Assembly (NCBI GenBank): GCA_965248355.1
Contig: OZ252098.1
Location: 448,001 to 512,000 of the forward strand
Source: Candidatus Latescibacterota bacterium
GTDB lineage: Bacteria; Latescibacterota; UBA2968; UBA8231
Length of the DNA stretch: 64,000 nucleotides
Direction: 5' to 3'
Each line of letters starts with the position of its first letter. The stretch's first letter is position 1. Below are positions 1 to 9,841 of this stretch, piece after piece. Made by a program: the position numbers and the translations under genes. Under the pieces are notes generated by a model that was not told the origin of the DNA, made no database searches, and saw only the letters and a program-made list of their open reading frames with translations.

Positions 1-1
1 C

Positions 2-763
2 CATGACGACGAGACCATCCGACTGTGGGACGTCGACACCGGAGAGCTCCGGTCCGTCCTGGAGGGAAACGGAGGCTCGGTCGACGCGGTGGCTTTCTCA
101 CCGGATGGACGGACCCTCGCCAGTGGCGGCTGGGATGGCCTTCTCCGGTTGTGGGACGTCGGGACCGGAGAGCTTCGTGCCGTCCTGGAGGGACATGGTG
201 ACCGGGGGCACGGGACCATTGATGCCGTGGCCTTTTCGCCCGATGGCGCCCTCCTGGCCAGCACCGGCGGGGACCACGCCATCAGGTTGTGGGCGGCGGA
301 CAGTGGCCGACTCGAAGGACTCTTCATGTACAAGGCCATTGACCTGGCCTTCTCCCCGGACGGCACGACCCTGGCGACCGGCAACGACGACGGCACCATC
401 CTGCTGTGGGACGTGTCGCCGCACCTCGCCGCCGGATCGACCTCGGCCGGGCTCTCCCCGGCGCTGCCGCACAGGACAGATCTGCTGGCCAACTACCCCA
501 ATCCCTTCAACCCGGAGACCTGGATCCCATACCAGCTTCACGCGCCGGCGCGAGTGCGTCTGACGATCCGCGATGTGCGTGGGGCCCTGGTGCGGGAGAT
601 CGATCTGGGCTACCGGCCCGCGGGGTGGTACAGTACTCGGGAGCGCGCCGTCCGCTGGGACGGCCGCGGCCAGCGGGGTGAGACCCTGGCCAGCGGGGTC
701 TACTTCGCCCGGCTGCAGGCGGGCCCGGCGGCCGGCGTGCGCAAGATGCTCCTCCTCAAGTGA
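2..763 (+). CDS. WD40-repeat protein with C-terminal FlgD-Ig/T9SS-like sorting domain (5'-truncated by window edge)
   Basis: The frame is open from position 2 (HDDETIRLWDVDTGELRSVLEG...). It has repeated VAFSPDG...LWD units and the tail NYPNPFNPETWIPYQL...WDGRGQRGE.LASGVYFARL...RKMLLLK, with TGA at 761-763. Confidence 0.9.
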   Translation, partial: HDDETIRLWDVDTGELRSVLEGNGGSVDAVAFSPDGRTLASGGWDGLLRLWDVGTGELRAVLEGHGDRGHGTIDAVAFSPDGALLASTGGDHAIRLWAADSGRLEGLFMYKAIDLAFSPDGTTLATGNDDGTILLWDVSPHLAAGSTSAGLSPALPHRTDLLANYPNPFNPETWIPYQLHAPARVRLTIRDVRGALVREIDLGYRPAGWYSTRERAVRWDGRGQRGETLASGVYFARLQAGPAAGVRKMLLLK

Positions 764-847
764 GGCGGCAGCGGAGTGTCAGCGTCCGCCGCGCCGGGGT
801 TCTGAGCCCACCAGGGAAGTCCGATCAGTTCCGAGAGAGGGGCCGAC

Positions 848-3169
848 ATGCGTCGACACGGAACGCCGAGACCGCTGTTGACTCTTGCCCTCGCCGGGCT
901 CTGTCTCCTCCTGGCCCAGGACGGCCTCGCCGGGGAGGTGCCCCCGCTGCCCGAAGGCAGCATCGCCCGCCTGGGCCGGGGGGAGATCCAGGTCATGGCT
1001 CTCTCGACCGATGGCACGAGGCTGGCCCTGGGCAGCAAGTACGGCGTCTGGCTCCGGGACGGGCACACCGGCGCCGACCTCGCCCGGCTGCAGGGGACCT
1101 CGGAAGGGGTAGGATTGCTCGCTCTCTCCCCGGACGGGTCCACCCTGGCCGGCGGGAGCGTGGGCGGCTGGGTCCGGCTGTGGGACCTGAACAGCGGACG
1201 CTACGAGGACAGCCTGGAAAGGCACAAGGGGATGGTGGTCGCCCTGGCCTTCTCTCCGGACGGCTCACTCCTGGCGACGGCTGGCGGCAAGGACAGGCGG
1301 GTCCGGCTGTGGTCCGTGGAGACCGGCCGGACCGAGGCGATCCTCGCGGGGCATCGGTGGGACGTCCTCTCCGTGGCCTTCTCTCCGGACGGGAAGACGC
1401 TGGCGAGCGGCAGCGCCGACGGCACGATCCGGCTGTGGTCCGTCGACGAAGGTCTTCACACCGACACCCTCGAAGGTCTTGGGACCTGGGTCCATGCCGT
1501 GGCCTTCTCTCCGGACGGCTCGATGCTTGCCGGCGGCGGGCGCAACGGCGAGGTCGGGCTGTGGGATGTGGCTGCCGGCCGGCATCAGGTCCTGCCGCAT
1601 CTCCACAAGGGCATGGTCTATTTCCTGGCCTTCTCGCCGGACGGGGGCACGTTGGCCAGCGGCGACGACGACACCGAGGTCCGGTTGTGGGACGTGGCAA
1701 GCGCCCAGCCTGGGGCTGTCTTAAACGATGGCAACTGGCGCAGACTTCCAGGTCTCCGCGACCCCGGTTTCATCCTCTTCATGACCTTCCCGCCCGAAGG
1801 CGGGGCCGTGGTCACCTACGGTTCCCGCTATGCGGTGCGGCGGTGGGAGGTGGGAAGCGGCAAGCTCGAGTCGACCTTGCACCTCGAGAGCGACCACATG
1901 AAATACGTGGGGTCGCTGGCCTTTTCCCCCGATGGGAAGAGCCTGGCCAGTACCGGCCGGGACTATACCGTTCGTCTGTGGGACGTGGAGGGCCGCCGCC
2001 TCCGGACCGTTCTCCACGGCCATGGGCGGAATGTCTATGCGGTGGCCTTCTCTCCGGACGGCTCCCTCCTGGCCAGTGGGGAACACCGCCTTGGTGTCCG
2101 GTTGTGGGACGTTGGCAGCGGCCGGCACCTGGAGGCCACCCTTGGAGGCGGCGCGTCGGCAGTCGCTGAAGTGGCCTTCTCGCCGGACGGCGCAAGCCTG
2201 GCCAACACCTCAGGGGGGCGTCAGATCTTTCTGTGGTCGGTGGCCGATGCCCGGTTGAAGAAGATCCTGGACGTCCAGCCGGCCAGCGCGACCAGCGTGG
2301 CCTTCTCACCGGATGGACGGACTCTCGCCAGTGGCGGCCGGCGGGTGGTCCGGCTGTGGGACGCCGACACCGGAGACCTCCGGGCCAACCTGGAAGGGGG
2401 CTCATCTCGTTCGTCGTGGCGGGGCAGGACGCCCGTGGCCTTCTCTCCAGACGGACGGATCCTCGCCGGTGGCGGCAGTCTGCTCCGGCTGTGGGATACG
2501 GATACTGGGGAGCTTCGGGGTTATCTGGAAGGAGCGGACTATCGTTCCGTGGCCTTCTCTCCCGACGGACGGATCCTCGCCGGCAGTGCCGGCAGCCTGG
2601 TCCGGCTGTGGGACACGGATACCTGGGAGCTTCGGTCCGTCCTTGAAGGACAGCGAGACGAGACTCCGGTCCTGTCGGTGGCCTTCTCTCCCGGCGGCGA
2701 GCTGTTGGCGAGCGGCTCGGACGGCACCATCCTGCTGTGGGACATGTCGCCGCATCTCGCCGCCGGACCGACGTCGGTCGGCCTCTCCCCGGCATTGCCG
2801 GACCGGACGGCCCTGCTGCCCAGCTATCCCAATCCCTTCAACCAGGAGACCTGGATCCCCTACCAGCTCCACGCGCCGGCGCGGGTGCGCCTGACGATCC
2901 ACGATGTGCGGGGGGCCCTGGTGCGGGAGAGCGATCTGGGCCACCGGCCGGCGGGCCGGTACCGCGCGATTGGGCGAGCCGCCTTGGGACGGCCGCGGCC
3001 AGCGGGGCGAGCCTCTGGCCAGCGGGGTGTACTTCGCCCGGCTGCAGGCCGGTCCGGTCGCCCAGGTCCGGAAGATGCTTCTCCTCAAGTAGGTGGTCGG
3101 ATCCAATACGGGATGCGCCCAGCGCCTGCATCGATGAGGGACACCCCGGCCGTGGAAACCCTCGCATGA
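848..3169 (+). CDS. Secreted WD40-repeat protein; FlgD-like tail disrupted by a frameshift near 2984 (paralog-type end at 3092)
   Basis: Signal peptide, LPEGSIARLGRG motif and many AFSPDG/LWD repeats. The tail WDGRGQRGEPLASGVYF...RKMLLLK lies in another frame (ORF 2904..3092). Against the paralogs (gcc gct cga tgg gac) this copy reads gcc gcc t tgg gac, 2 nt short. Confidence 0.85.
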   Translation: MRRHGTPRPLLTLALAGLCLLLAQDGLAGEVPPLPEGSIARLGRGEIQVMALSTDGTRLALGSKYGVWLRDGHTGADLARLQGTSEGVGLLALSPDGSTLAGGSVGGWVRLWDLNSGRYEDSLERHKGMVVALAFSPDGSLLATAGGKDRRVRLWSVETGRTEAILAGHRWDVLSVAFSPDGKTLASGSADGTIRLWSVDEGLHTDTLEGLGTWVHAVAFSPDGSMLAGGGRNGEVGLWDVAAGRHQVLPHLHKGMVYFLAFSPDGGTLASGDDDTEVRLWDVASAQPGAVLNDGNWRRLPGLRDPGFILFMTFPPEGGAVVTYGSRYAVRRWEVGSGKLESTLHLESDHMKYVGSLAFSPDGKSLASTGRDYTVRLWDVEGRRLRTVLHGHGRNVYAVAFSPDGSLLASGEHRLGVRLWDVGSGRHLEATLGGGASAVAEVAFSPDGASLANTSGGRQIFLWSVADARLKKILDVQPASATSVAFSPDGRTLASGGRRVVRLWDADTGDLRANLEGGSSRSSWRGRTPVAFSPDGRILAGGGSLLRLWDTDTGELRGYLEGADYRSVAFSPDGRILAGSAGSLVRLWDTDTWELRSVLEGQRDETPVLSVAFSPGGELLASGSDGTILLWDMSPHLAAGPTSVGLSPALPDRTALLPSYPNPFNQETWIPYQLHAPARVRLTIHDVRGALVRESDLGHRPAGRYRAIGRAALGRPRPAGRASGQRGVLRPAAGRSGRPGPEDASPQVGGRIQYGMRPAPASMRDTPAVETLA

Positions 3170-5375
3170 GACGGTGGCCCATGTTCGCCACTGCTCTCGT
3201 CGGGCTCAGTCTCCTGCTGGCGCGGGACAGCCTCGCCAGCGAAGTGGTGCCGCTGCCCGAAGGCAGCATCGCCCGCCTTGGCAGGGGAGAGGTATGGGGC
3301 ACGGCAGCACTCTCGGCCGACGGCACACGGCTGGCCGTGCGCAGCAGGTACGGCCTCTGGCTCAGGGACGGGCACACGGGCGAAGAAATCGCCCGGCTGG
3401 GAGGTGCCACGGACGGTCTCCGCAGGAGCCTGGCCTTTTCCCGAACGGGTCCATCCTGGCAGGCGGCGGCGAGGACGGTCTGGTCCGGTTGTGGGACCTG
3501 ACGACCGGCAGCTACAGGGACACTCCCGAGAGGCACAGGGGGAAGGTCCTCGCCATGGCTTTCTCGGCGGACGGGGCCACCCTGGCCACCACCGGCGGCG
3601 AGGACAAGCGCATCCGGCTGTGGGACGTGGAGACCGCCCGACACGAGGCAACCCTCGCGGGGCACTTGTGGGATGTGGTCTCCGTGGCCTTCTCGCCGGA
3701 CGGAGCGACCCTGGCCAGCGGCAGCGGCGACGGCACGGTCAGGCTGTGGTCGGTCGCCAATGGTCTCCACACCGCCACGCTGGAAGGGCATGGAGACTGG
3801 GTCTATTCGGTGGCCTTCTCGCCGGATGGCTCGCTCCTGGCCAGCGGCGCCCGGGACGGCGAGGTCCGGGTGTGGGATGTGGCCACCGGCCGGCACAAGG
3901 TCACCTTGCCGCACCGGAGCCTGGTCTACTACCTGGCGTTCTCGCCGGACGGGGCGACCCTGGCCGGCGGCGGCGGCAGCGAGGTGCGGTTGTGGGACGT
4001 GGCCAGCGGCCAGCTCGGGGCCTCGCTGCCGATGGGAGGCTTCGGGATCCTTTCCGTGACCTTCTCACCAGAAGGCAGGATCGTCGTCAGCGGGGGTCAT
4101 GGCCATACGGTGCGCCGGTGGGACCTCGCCAGCGGACGGCTCGAGTCCGCCTTGCACTTGGCGGGGGAGCACATGGGGAGCGTGCGGTCGGTAGCCTTCT
4201 CGCCGGACGGGAAGAGCCTGGCCAGTACGGGCGATGACAATGCGGTCCGTCTGTGGGACGTGGACCGCCGCCGCCTCAGGGCCTTCCTCCCAGGGCATCA
4301 GCGGCGGGTCACCTCGGTGGCCTTTTCCCCGGACGGCTCCCTCCTGGCCAGCGGCAGCCAAGACCTCACGGTCCGCTTGTGGGACCCCGTCAGCGGCCGG
4401 CACACGGCCACCCTTCGGGGCCCCGCGGGGCGAGTCCACTCGGTGGCCTTCTCCCCTGACGGCGCCACCCTGGCCAACGGCGACTGGCACGGTCAGGTCC
4501 TCCTGTGGTCGGTGCCGGACCGCCGGTTGAAGGCCGTTCTCGATGCCTATCCGGAGGCGGTCTGGTCGGTAGCCTTCGCGCCAGATGGACGAACCCTCGC
4601 CAGCGGCCATGACGACGACACCATCCGGCTGTGGGACCCCGACACCGGAGAGCTGCGGTCCGTCCTGGAGGGGGGAACCAGAGGCCGGGTCAGGTCAGTG
4701 GCCTTCTCACCGGATGGACGGACCCTCGCCAGTGGCGGACGGGGTGGCAGCTCGGATGATCTGGTCCGGCTGTGGGACGCGGAAACCGGAGAGCTCCGGA
4801 CAACCCTCGAAGGAGGCGCCTCGCGATCCGTGGCCTTCTCTCCCGACGGACGGATCTTCACCGGTGGCGCCAGCCCGATCCCTCTGTGGGACGGCCACAC
4901 CTGGGAGCTCCGGTCCATCCTCGAAGGCCAGGGAGACGGGAGTGTGGTCATTTCGGTGGCCTTCTCTCCCGACGGCGCGACCCTGGCCAGCGGCAACTCC
5001 GACGGCACCATCCTGCTGTGGGACCTGTCGCCGCACCTCGCCGGACCGACGTCGGTCGGGCTCTCCCAAGCGCTGCCGGATCGGACCGCCCTGCTGCCCA
5101 GCTACCCCAATCCCTTCAACCAGGAGACCTGGATCCCCTTCCAGCTCGACGCGCCAGCGCTTGTGCGCCTGACGATCCACGATGTCCGGGGGGCCCTGGT
5201 GCGAGAGATCGATCGGGGCCACCGGCCCGCGGGGTGGTACCGCACCAGCGGGCGCGCCGCTCGATGGGACGGCCGCGGCCAACGGGGCGAGCCTCTGGCC
5301 AGCGGGGTGTACTTCGCCCGGCTGCAGGCCGGGGGGACGATCGTTCAGATGCGGAAGATGCTTCTGCTCAAGTGA
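3166..5375 (+). pseudogene. Secreted WD40-repeat protein with FlgD-like tail, split by a 1-nt deletion at ~3440 (true pseudogene or sequencing error)
   Basis: ATG 3166 gives MRRWPMFATALVGLSLLLARDSLASEVVPLPEGSIARLGRG. At ttttcccgaac one C is missing from the expected AFSPNG (ttt tcc ccg aac). The remainder continues in ORF 3174..5375 to RKMLLLK. Confidence 0.8.
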
Positions 5376-5449
5376 GGCGGCAGTCGAACTTCAGGGACCC
5401 GGTCAGAGTCAGATCGCACCATCGTGGGCCCGAGAAAGGGAGATGCAGG

Positions 5450-6355
5450 ATGAGGACGATCCGCTTGTTGCCGACGGTGATTCCGGTGCTCTGGATGGTG
5501 GGCCTTCGGTGTGCGGCGTCCGGGGCCGCCGAGGCCGAATCGCCGGAAGCGGAGGTGGTTCCGGAAGGGGGCGAGATCGACAGCCGCGCGGTGGCGGCGG
5601 GCGCCCGGGTGATGGTGGTCCATGGGCGCGGAGAGCGGCATCCGGTCTCGGGGGAGTGGGCCCGGCTGGATACGTCGGCGGGTTACGTGCAGGCGATCCA
5701 TGCGGAGACGCTTGTTCTGGCGCGGGAAGGGGATCTGCGGCAGCAGCGGATCTCCCTGGACCGCATTCAGAGGGTGGTCATGGAGGGGCCGCCTGCATGG
5801 GAGGCGTCGATCGACAGTATGGGGGCAGCCAGGAAAGCGGAAGTAGAGTCCGTGGAGAGGCCACCGCAGGGGCGCTTCCTGTTCCCCCTGGAGCGGATGG
5901 TGGATGACCGGCACGCTCGGATTTCCGGAAAGCTGGCAGCGGGTACCCTTGGGGGAGTGGTGGGGGGCCTCGCAGGCGTGGTTGCTGGAGTGGCTTGGGG
6001 TTCAACAGAAGACTGTGCCCAGGGAGACACCTTCTGTGGACTGGCGAAAGTCGTGTATGCGCTTCTACTGGGGACGCCGGGCTATATCGTCGGCGCCGCC
6101 GTCGGCGTGAGCCGGTTGGACCCGCACGACCGGTTCATTTCCGCCATGGCGGGTAGTGCTGCGGGACTCATCCCCGGCATTTACCTGACGCGTGCGGAAG
6201 GCATACTCTGGCCGACCTTGTTTGCTGCCCCCATCGTCACGGCAACGATGATGTCCGAGTGGTCCCGCGATCCCCCCGAGGACGCCGGTATATCCCTTCG
6301 TCTGTCGCCAACTCCCGGAAGGGGAATTTCAGCGGTCGCCGCGCTGCGGTTCTGA
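5450..6355 (+). CDS. Hypothetical exported/membrane protein with Gly-rich hydrophobic C-terminal segments
   Basis: ATG 5450 follows a purine-rich RBS-like stretch. Signal-like N-terminus MRTIRLLPTVIPVLWMVG, GxxxG-rich helices, ends AVAALRF. Confidence 0.6.
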   Translation: MRTIRLLPTVIPVLWMVGLRCAASGAAEAESPEAEVVPEGGEIDSRAVAAGARVMVVHGRGERHPVSGEWARLDTSAGYVQAIHAETLVLAREGDLRQQRISLDRIQRVVMEGPPAWEASIDSMGAARKAEVESVERPPQGRFLFPLERMVDDRHARISGKLAAGTLGGVVGGLAGVVAGVAWGSTEDCAQGDTFCGLAKVVYALLLGTPGYIVGAAVGVSRLDPHDRFISAMAGSAAGLIPGIYLTRAEGILWPTLFAAPIVTATMMSEWSRDPPEDAGISLRLSPTPGRGISAVAALRF

Positions 6356-6498
6356 ACCGCCGCTCGGCTCCCCGGTGCCGCCGTCAGGAGGCCGCCATCT
6401 GCGACACGATCTCCTCCTCAGGCGGGGCGCCGAGGTCGGTTCTGGCGATGCGGGCGGGTGGGCCCGGCCGGACGCGTCGGTGGGCTACGTGCAGCCGC

Positions 6499-7563
6499 CT
6501 ATCCCTCCGGCTGCATGTCCTCGCCGCGCAGCAGGAAGGCGCGGATGTCGTAGCGGCCCGGCCGCTCTACCGGCAGATCCCCCGCCTCGATCATGGCCTC
6601 CAGCGGCGAGGCCATCGTCCGCAATGGCAGCGCGGTCACCTCGTGCAGCCGCGCCGACTCGTACGTGGCCATGATGATCTCCACGGCCGCCCGGCCGTTC
6701 TCCGCCTGGCCGCGATGCTCGACCTTGCCTTCGATCCACTCCACGATCTCGCGCTGCTGCCCGACGCTGGGGTCCTCGCCCTCGCCGGGACGCTCCTCCC
6801 AAGTGCCGGTCCGGCTGTTGAGCAGCCGCACCTTGCGCTCGTCGAGTTCGATGATGCCCTCCGAGCCGTAGAAGACCCCGCCCTGGTAGTTCGGACCGGC
6901 CAGCTCCTGCAGGACCTGGCCGATGGCCCCGTTGTCGAATTGCACGACGCACAGACTGCGATCCTCGATGGGGATGTCGCGCTCAAAGCGGTCGGTCTTG
7001 CGCTCGATATTGCCCATGACCCACACCGCCTGCGGATCGCCCATCACATAGCGCATCATGTCCAACAGGTGCGAGCAATCGTTGAGCAAACCCTGGCCAC
7101 CGCGCGCGTTGACCTGCCGCACCTCCCCGATGGCTCCCTCCGCCACCAGCTCCCTGGCCAGAGTCCACGCCGGATTGAAGCGGCGCTGATGGGCAATGGC
7201 CAGCTTGCCGTCGTTGCGCCGGGCGGCGATGAGCATGTCGTCGCACTCGCCCAGACTGGTCGCCATGGGTTTCTCGCACAGCACGGCTTTGGGTTTGCGC
7301 GCACAAGCGGCAATCGTCATCGGCGCGTGCAGCTTGTGCCAGGTGCAGATCGAGACGATGTCGAGCGTCTCGTCGTCGACCATTTGGCGGAAATCCTCGT
7401 AGCGTTGGGCGATCCCGTGCCTCTCGCCGAACTCCTCCCGCGCCTCAGCCACCGGATCGGCCAGCGCCACCACCTCGGCCTGGTCCACCCCGTTCCAGCC
7501 GTGCATGTGGTAGTGGGCGATGCTGCCACAGCCGACAATGCCCACTCCGTACGTCTCTGCCAT
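6499..7563 (-). CDS. Gfo/Idh/MocA family oxidoreductase
   Basis: MAETYGVGIVGCGSIA Rossmann motif, CEKPM motif, HQRRF, DxxSHLLD. Confidence 0.9.
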   Translation of the reverse strand: MAETYGVGIVGCGSIAHYHMHGWNGVDQAEVVALADPVAEAREEFGERHGIAQRYEDFRQMVDDETLDIVSICTWHKLHAPMTIAACARKPKAVLCEKPMATSLGECDDMLIAARRNDGKLAIAHQRRFNPAWTLARELVAEGAIGEVRQVNARGGQGLLNDCSHLLDMMRYVMGDPQAVWVMGNIERKTDRFERDIPIEDRSLCVVQFDNGAIGQVLQELAGPNYQGGVFYGSEGIIELDERKVRLLNSRTGTWEERPGEGEDPSVGQQREIVEWIEGKVEHRGQAENGRAAVEIIMATYESARLHEVTALPLRTMASPLEAMIEAGDLPVERPGRYDIRAFLLRGEDMQPEG

Positions 7564-7601
7564 GTCGTCTGCCCGCTTTGGTCCCGGCCGTCCCTTTCCC
7601 G

Positions 7602-8390
7602 TCACGGCACACCCGGAGAAGCCGCCAGCAGCCCGCCGTCGACCTGGAGGGACACCCCCGTGATGCAACCCGCCGCCGGCGAGCAGAGGAAGGCCGCGGC
7701 CCGGCCGATGTCCTCCGGCGTGCCGGGCCGGCGCAGGGGCACGGCGTCGAACAGCTCCTCGCGGATGCTGCCGCGCTCCGGCGGCGTCGTGCCGATGACG
7801 TGGTCCGTGTCCATGTACCCCGGCATGATGGCGTTGCAGCGGATGCCGTGTACGCCGAGGTCGACGGCCATGCTCATGGTGAGGCGCAGGATGCCCGCCT
7901 TCGCCGTGCCGTAGGCGGTGTCCTCCTTCCAGGCGCGCTTCGCGTGCACGGAGGAGGTGCTCACGATGCAGCCTCCGTCCCCCTGCTTCACCATGGCCCG
8001 CGCCGCCTGCTGGCTGCACAGGAAGAACCCCTTCAGGCCGATGTCGAGGTTGGCGTCCCAGTTCTCCTCGGACAGCTCCAGGAAGGACTGGCCGGTGCCG
8101 CCGAAGGGGTTGTTCGCCAGGATGTCGATGCGGCCGAAGCGTTCCAGGAAGGCGGCGAACATGTTCTCCACCTGCCCCTTGTGGGAGATGTCGGCGGCGA
8201 AGAACTCGGCCTGCCGGCCGCGGGCCCCGATGAGGCGCAGGGTCTCCTCCCCGTCGGCATCGCGCTCCAGGTCGTTGACGCCCACGTCGCAGCCCGCCTC
8301 GGCCAGGGCCAGGCAGATCCCCCGGCCGATGCGGCGCTTGCCGCCGGTCACCAGGGCCTTCTTCCCATCAAGCGAATGTGGATCGGGCAT
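7602..8390 (-). CDS. SDR family NAD(P)-dependent oxidoreductase
   Basis: ALVTGGKRRIG, YGTAK (YxxxK), IRCNAIMPG, ITGVSLQVDGG. Confidence 0.92.
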   Translation of the reverse strand: MPDPHSLDGKKALVTGGKRRIGRGICLALAEAGCDVGVNDLERDADGEETLRLIGARGRQAEFFAADISHKGQVENMFAAFLERFGRIDILANNPFGGTGQSFLELSEENWDANLDIGLKGFFLCSQQAARAMVKQGDGGCIVSTSSVHAKRAWKEDTAYGTAKAGILRLTMSMAVDLGVHGIRCNAIMPGYMDTDHVIGTTPPERGSIREELFDAVPLRRPGTPEDIGRAAAFLCSPAAGCITGVSLQVDGGLLAASPGVP

Positions 8391-8533
8391 TGCATGCTCC
8401 CTCGTTGTTGTGGAATGTCGAGCCGCGGCGAGGCGCGGGGCCGGAAGAAAGGGGCCCCGCCGTTCCTGCTCAAACCACCTGCCCGGGCTGAACCGGTTGA
8501 CCCACCGGCGGCCTGTCCTTTATTCGCACCCCC

Positions 8534-8836
8534 ATGCCCCGCGTTCACGACATGGGCGGACAGCCGAGCCGCGAGCCCATCGACCGGTCCGAGCACGAGC
8601 TGGCGGACTGGGAGCGCCTCACCAACGCCCTGGTCGGGGTGCTGCGCCACCGCGGTCTCATCAACGTGGACGAACTGCGCCGCGGCATCGAGGCCCTGCC
8701 GCCCGATGAGTACCAGGCCTCCGGCTACTACGAACGCTGGTCGGCCTCCCTCGAAATCCTTCTGGTGGAGAAGGGCCTCCTCACGCCCGCCGAGATCGAC
8801 GCCCGGGCTGCCGAGGTGAAGGCCCGATGGGGATAG
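8534..8836 (+). CDS. Nitrile hydratase beta N-terminal-like subunit (thiocyanate hydrolase ScnB-like)
   Basis: MPRVHDMGG start, WE...DELRRGIE...Y...YYERW...LLVEKG. These are the hallmarks of the helical half of NHase beta. Confidence 0.85.
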   Translation: MPRVHDMGGQPSREPIDRSEHELADWERLTNALVGVLRHRGLINVDELRRGIEALPPDEYQASGYYERWSASLEILLVEKGLLTPAEIDARAAEVKARWG

Positions 8837-9147
8837 TCTTCTCCGCCGGGCCGGGCCGGTTCCGCGCCGGCGAACCCGTCATCGTCCGTACCGACGTGGT
8901 GGACCACCACCATCGCACGCCCTCCTTCATCAAGGGAAAGCGCGGGAGGGTCCGCGCCGTGAGCGGCCCCTTTCTCAATCCGGAGTCACGGGCCCACGGC
9001 GGCACCGGAGAGCCCCGGCGCCTGCTCTACCACGTCGAGTTCCGGCAGGCCGAGGTCTGGGCGGAGCGCTGGCGGGAGGGCCGGGGAGATCTCCTGCTGA
9101 TGGATCTATACGAGCAGTGGCTGGAGAGGGCCGAGGCAGGCCCGTGA
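8827..9147 (+). CDS. Nitrile hydratase beta C-terminal SH3-like subunit (thiocyanate hydrolase ScnA-like)
   Basis: RFRAGEPV...HHRTPSFIKGKRG...PESRAHG...LYHVEF...W...DLYEQWLE. Confidence 0.85.
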   Translation: MGIVFSAGPGRFRAGEPVIVRTDVVDHHHRTPSFIKGKRGRVRAVSGPFLNPESRAHGGTGEPRRLLYHVEFRQAEVWAERWREGRGDLLLMDLYEQWLERAEAGP

Positions 9148-9186
9148 CCGCCCCGCCCCCACTCAACGCTTAGCCAAGGAGGCGCC

Positions 9187-9807
9187 ATGAGCCCCGGCCA
9201 TCACGAGCCCCACCAGGGAGTCCGGCCCGACGAGGACCTGAGCCCCAGGGCCCGGCGTGCCCTGGCCATCCACGAGCTGCTCGTGGAGAAGGGCGTGATC
9301 GCGGCCGGAGAGGTGGAGGCGCAGGCCCAGCGCATCGAATCCCGCTCCCTCTCCGGCGGGGCCCGGGTCGTGGCCCGGGCCTGGAGCGATGGGGGGTTCA
9401 AGTCGCGCCTGCTCGGCGACGCCCGGTCGGCCGTGGGCGAGCTCGGCCTGAGCCTCACCCACGACGCCGAGCTGGCCGTCGTGGAGAACACGGCCAGCGT
9501 CCATCACCTCGTCGTCTGCACCCTTTGCTCCTGCTACCCCACCGCTCTGCTGGGTCCTCCCCCCGACTGGTACAAGAGCGCCGCCTACAGGCGCCGCGCC
9601 GTGGCGGAGCCCCGCGCAGTGATGCGGGAGTTCGGGCTCGACCTCGACGAGGGCGTGCAGCTGCGCGTCATCGACAGCACCGCCGATCTTCGCTACCTCG
9701 TGCTCCCGCGCCGTCCCGAGGGCACGGACCGCCTGTCCGAGGAGGAACTGGCGGCGCTCGTGACCCGGGACAGCATGGTCGGTGTATGCGGACCTGCGGC
9801 GCCGTGA
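9187..9807 (+). CDS. Co-type nitrile hydratase alpha / thiocyanate hydrolase gamma (ScnC-like) subunit
   Basis: Metal-binding motif VVCTLCSCYP, GARVVARAW, PPDWYKS..YR, RYLVLP.RP. RBS AAGGAGG upstream. Confidence 0.93.
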   Translation: MSPGHHEPHQGVRPDEDLSPRARRALAIHELLVEKGVIAAGEVEAQAQRIESRSLSGGARVVARAWSDGGFKSRLLGDARSAVGELGLSLTHDAELAVVENTASVHHLVVCTLCSCYPTALLGPPPDWYKSAAYRRRAVAEPRAVMREFGLDLDEGVQLRVIDSTADLRYLVLPRRPEGTDRLSEEELAALVTRDSMVGVCGPAAP

Positions 9808-9841
9808 TGGGCTCAGGCCTCGGAAAGGAGACGACCCACTC

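Noticed and set aside
3430-3450. Programmed -1 frameshift at ttttccc
   Set aside because: There is no in-frame X XXY YYZ slippery heptamer, and the paralogs are continuous at this position. A simple indel explains it.
1-5100. Recurring DNA repeats (gtggccttctc.ccggacgg, cggctgtgggac) resembling a repeat array
   Set aside because: They are codons of WD40 blades (VAFSPDG, RLWD) inside ORFs, not CRISPR repeats with unique spacers.
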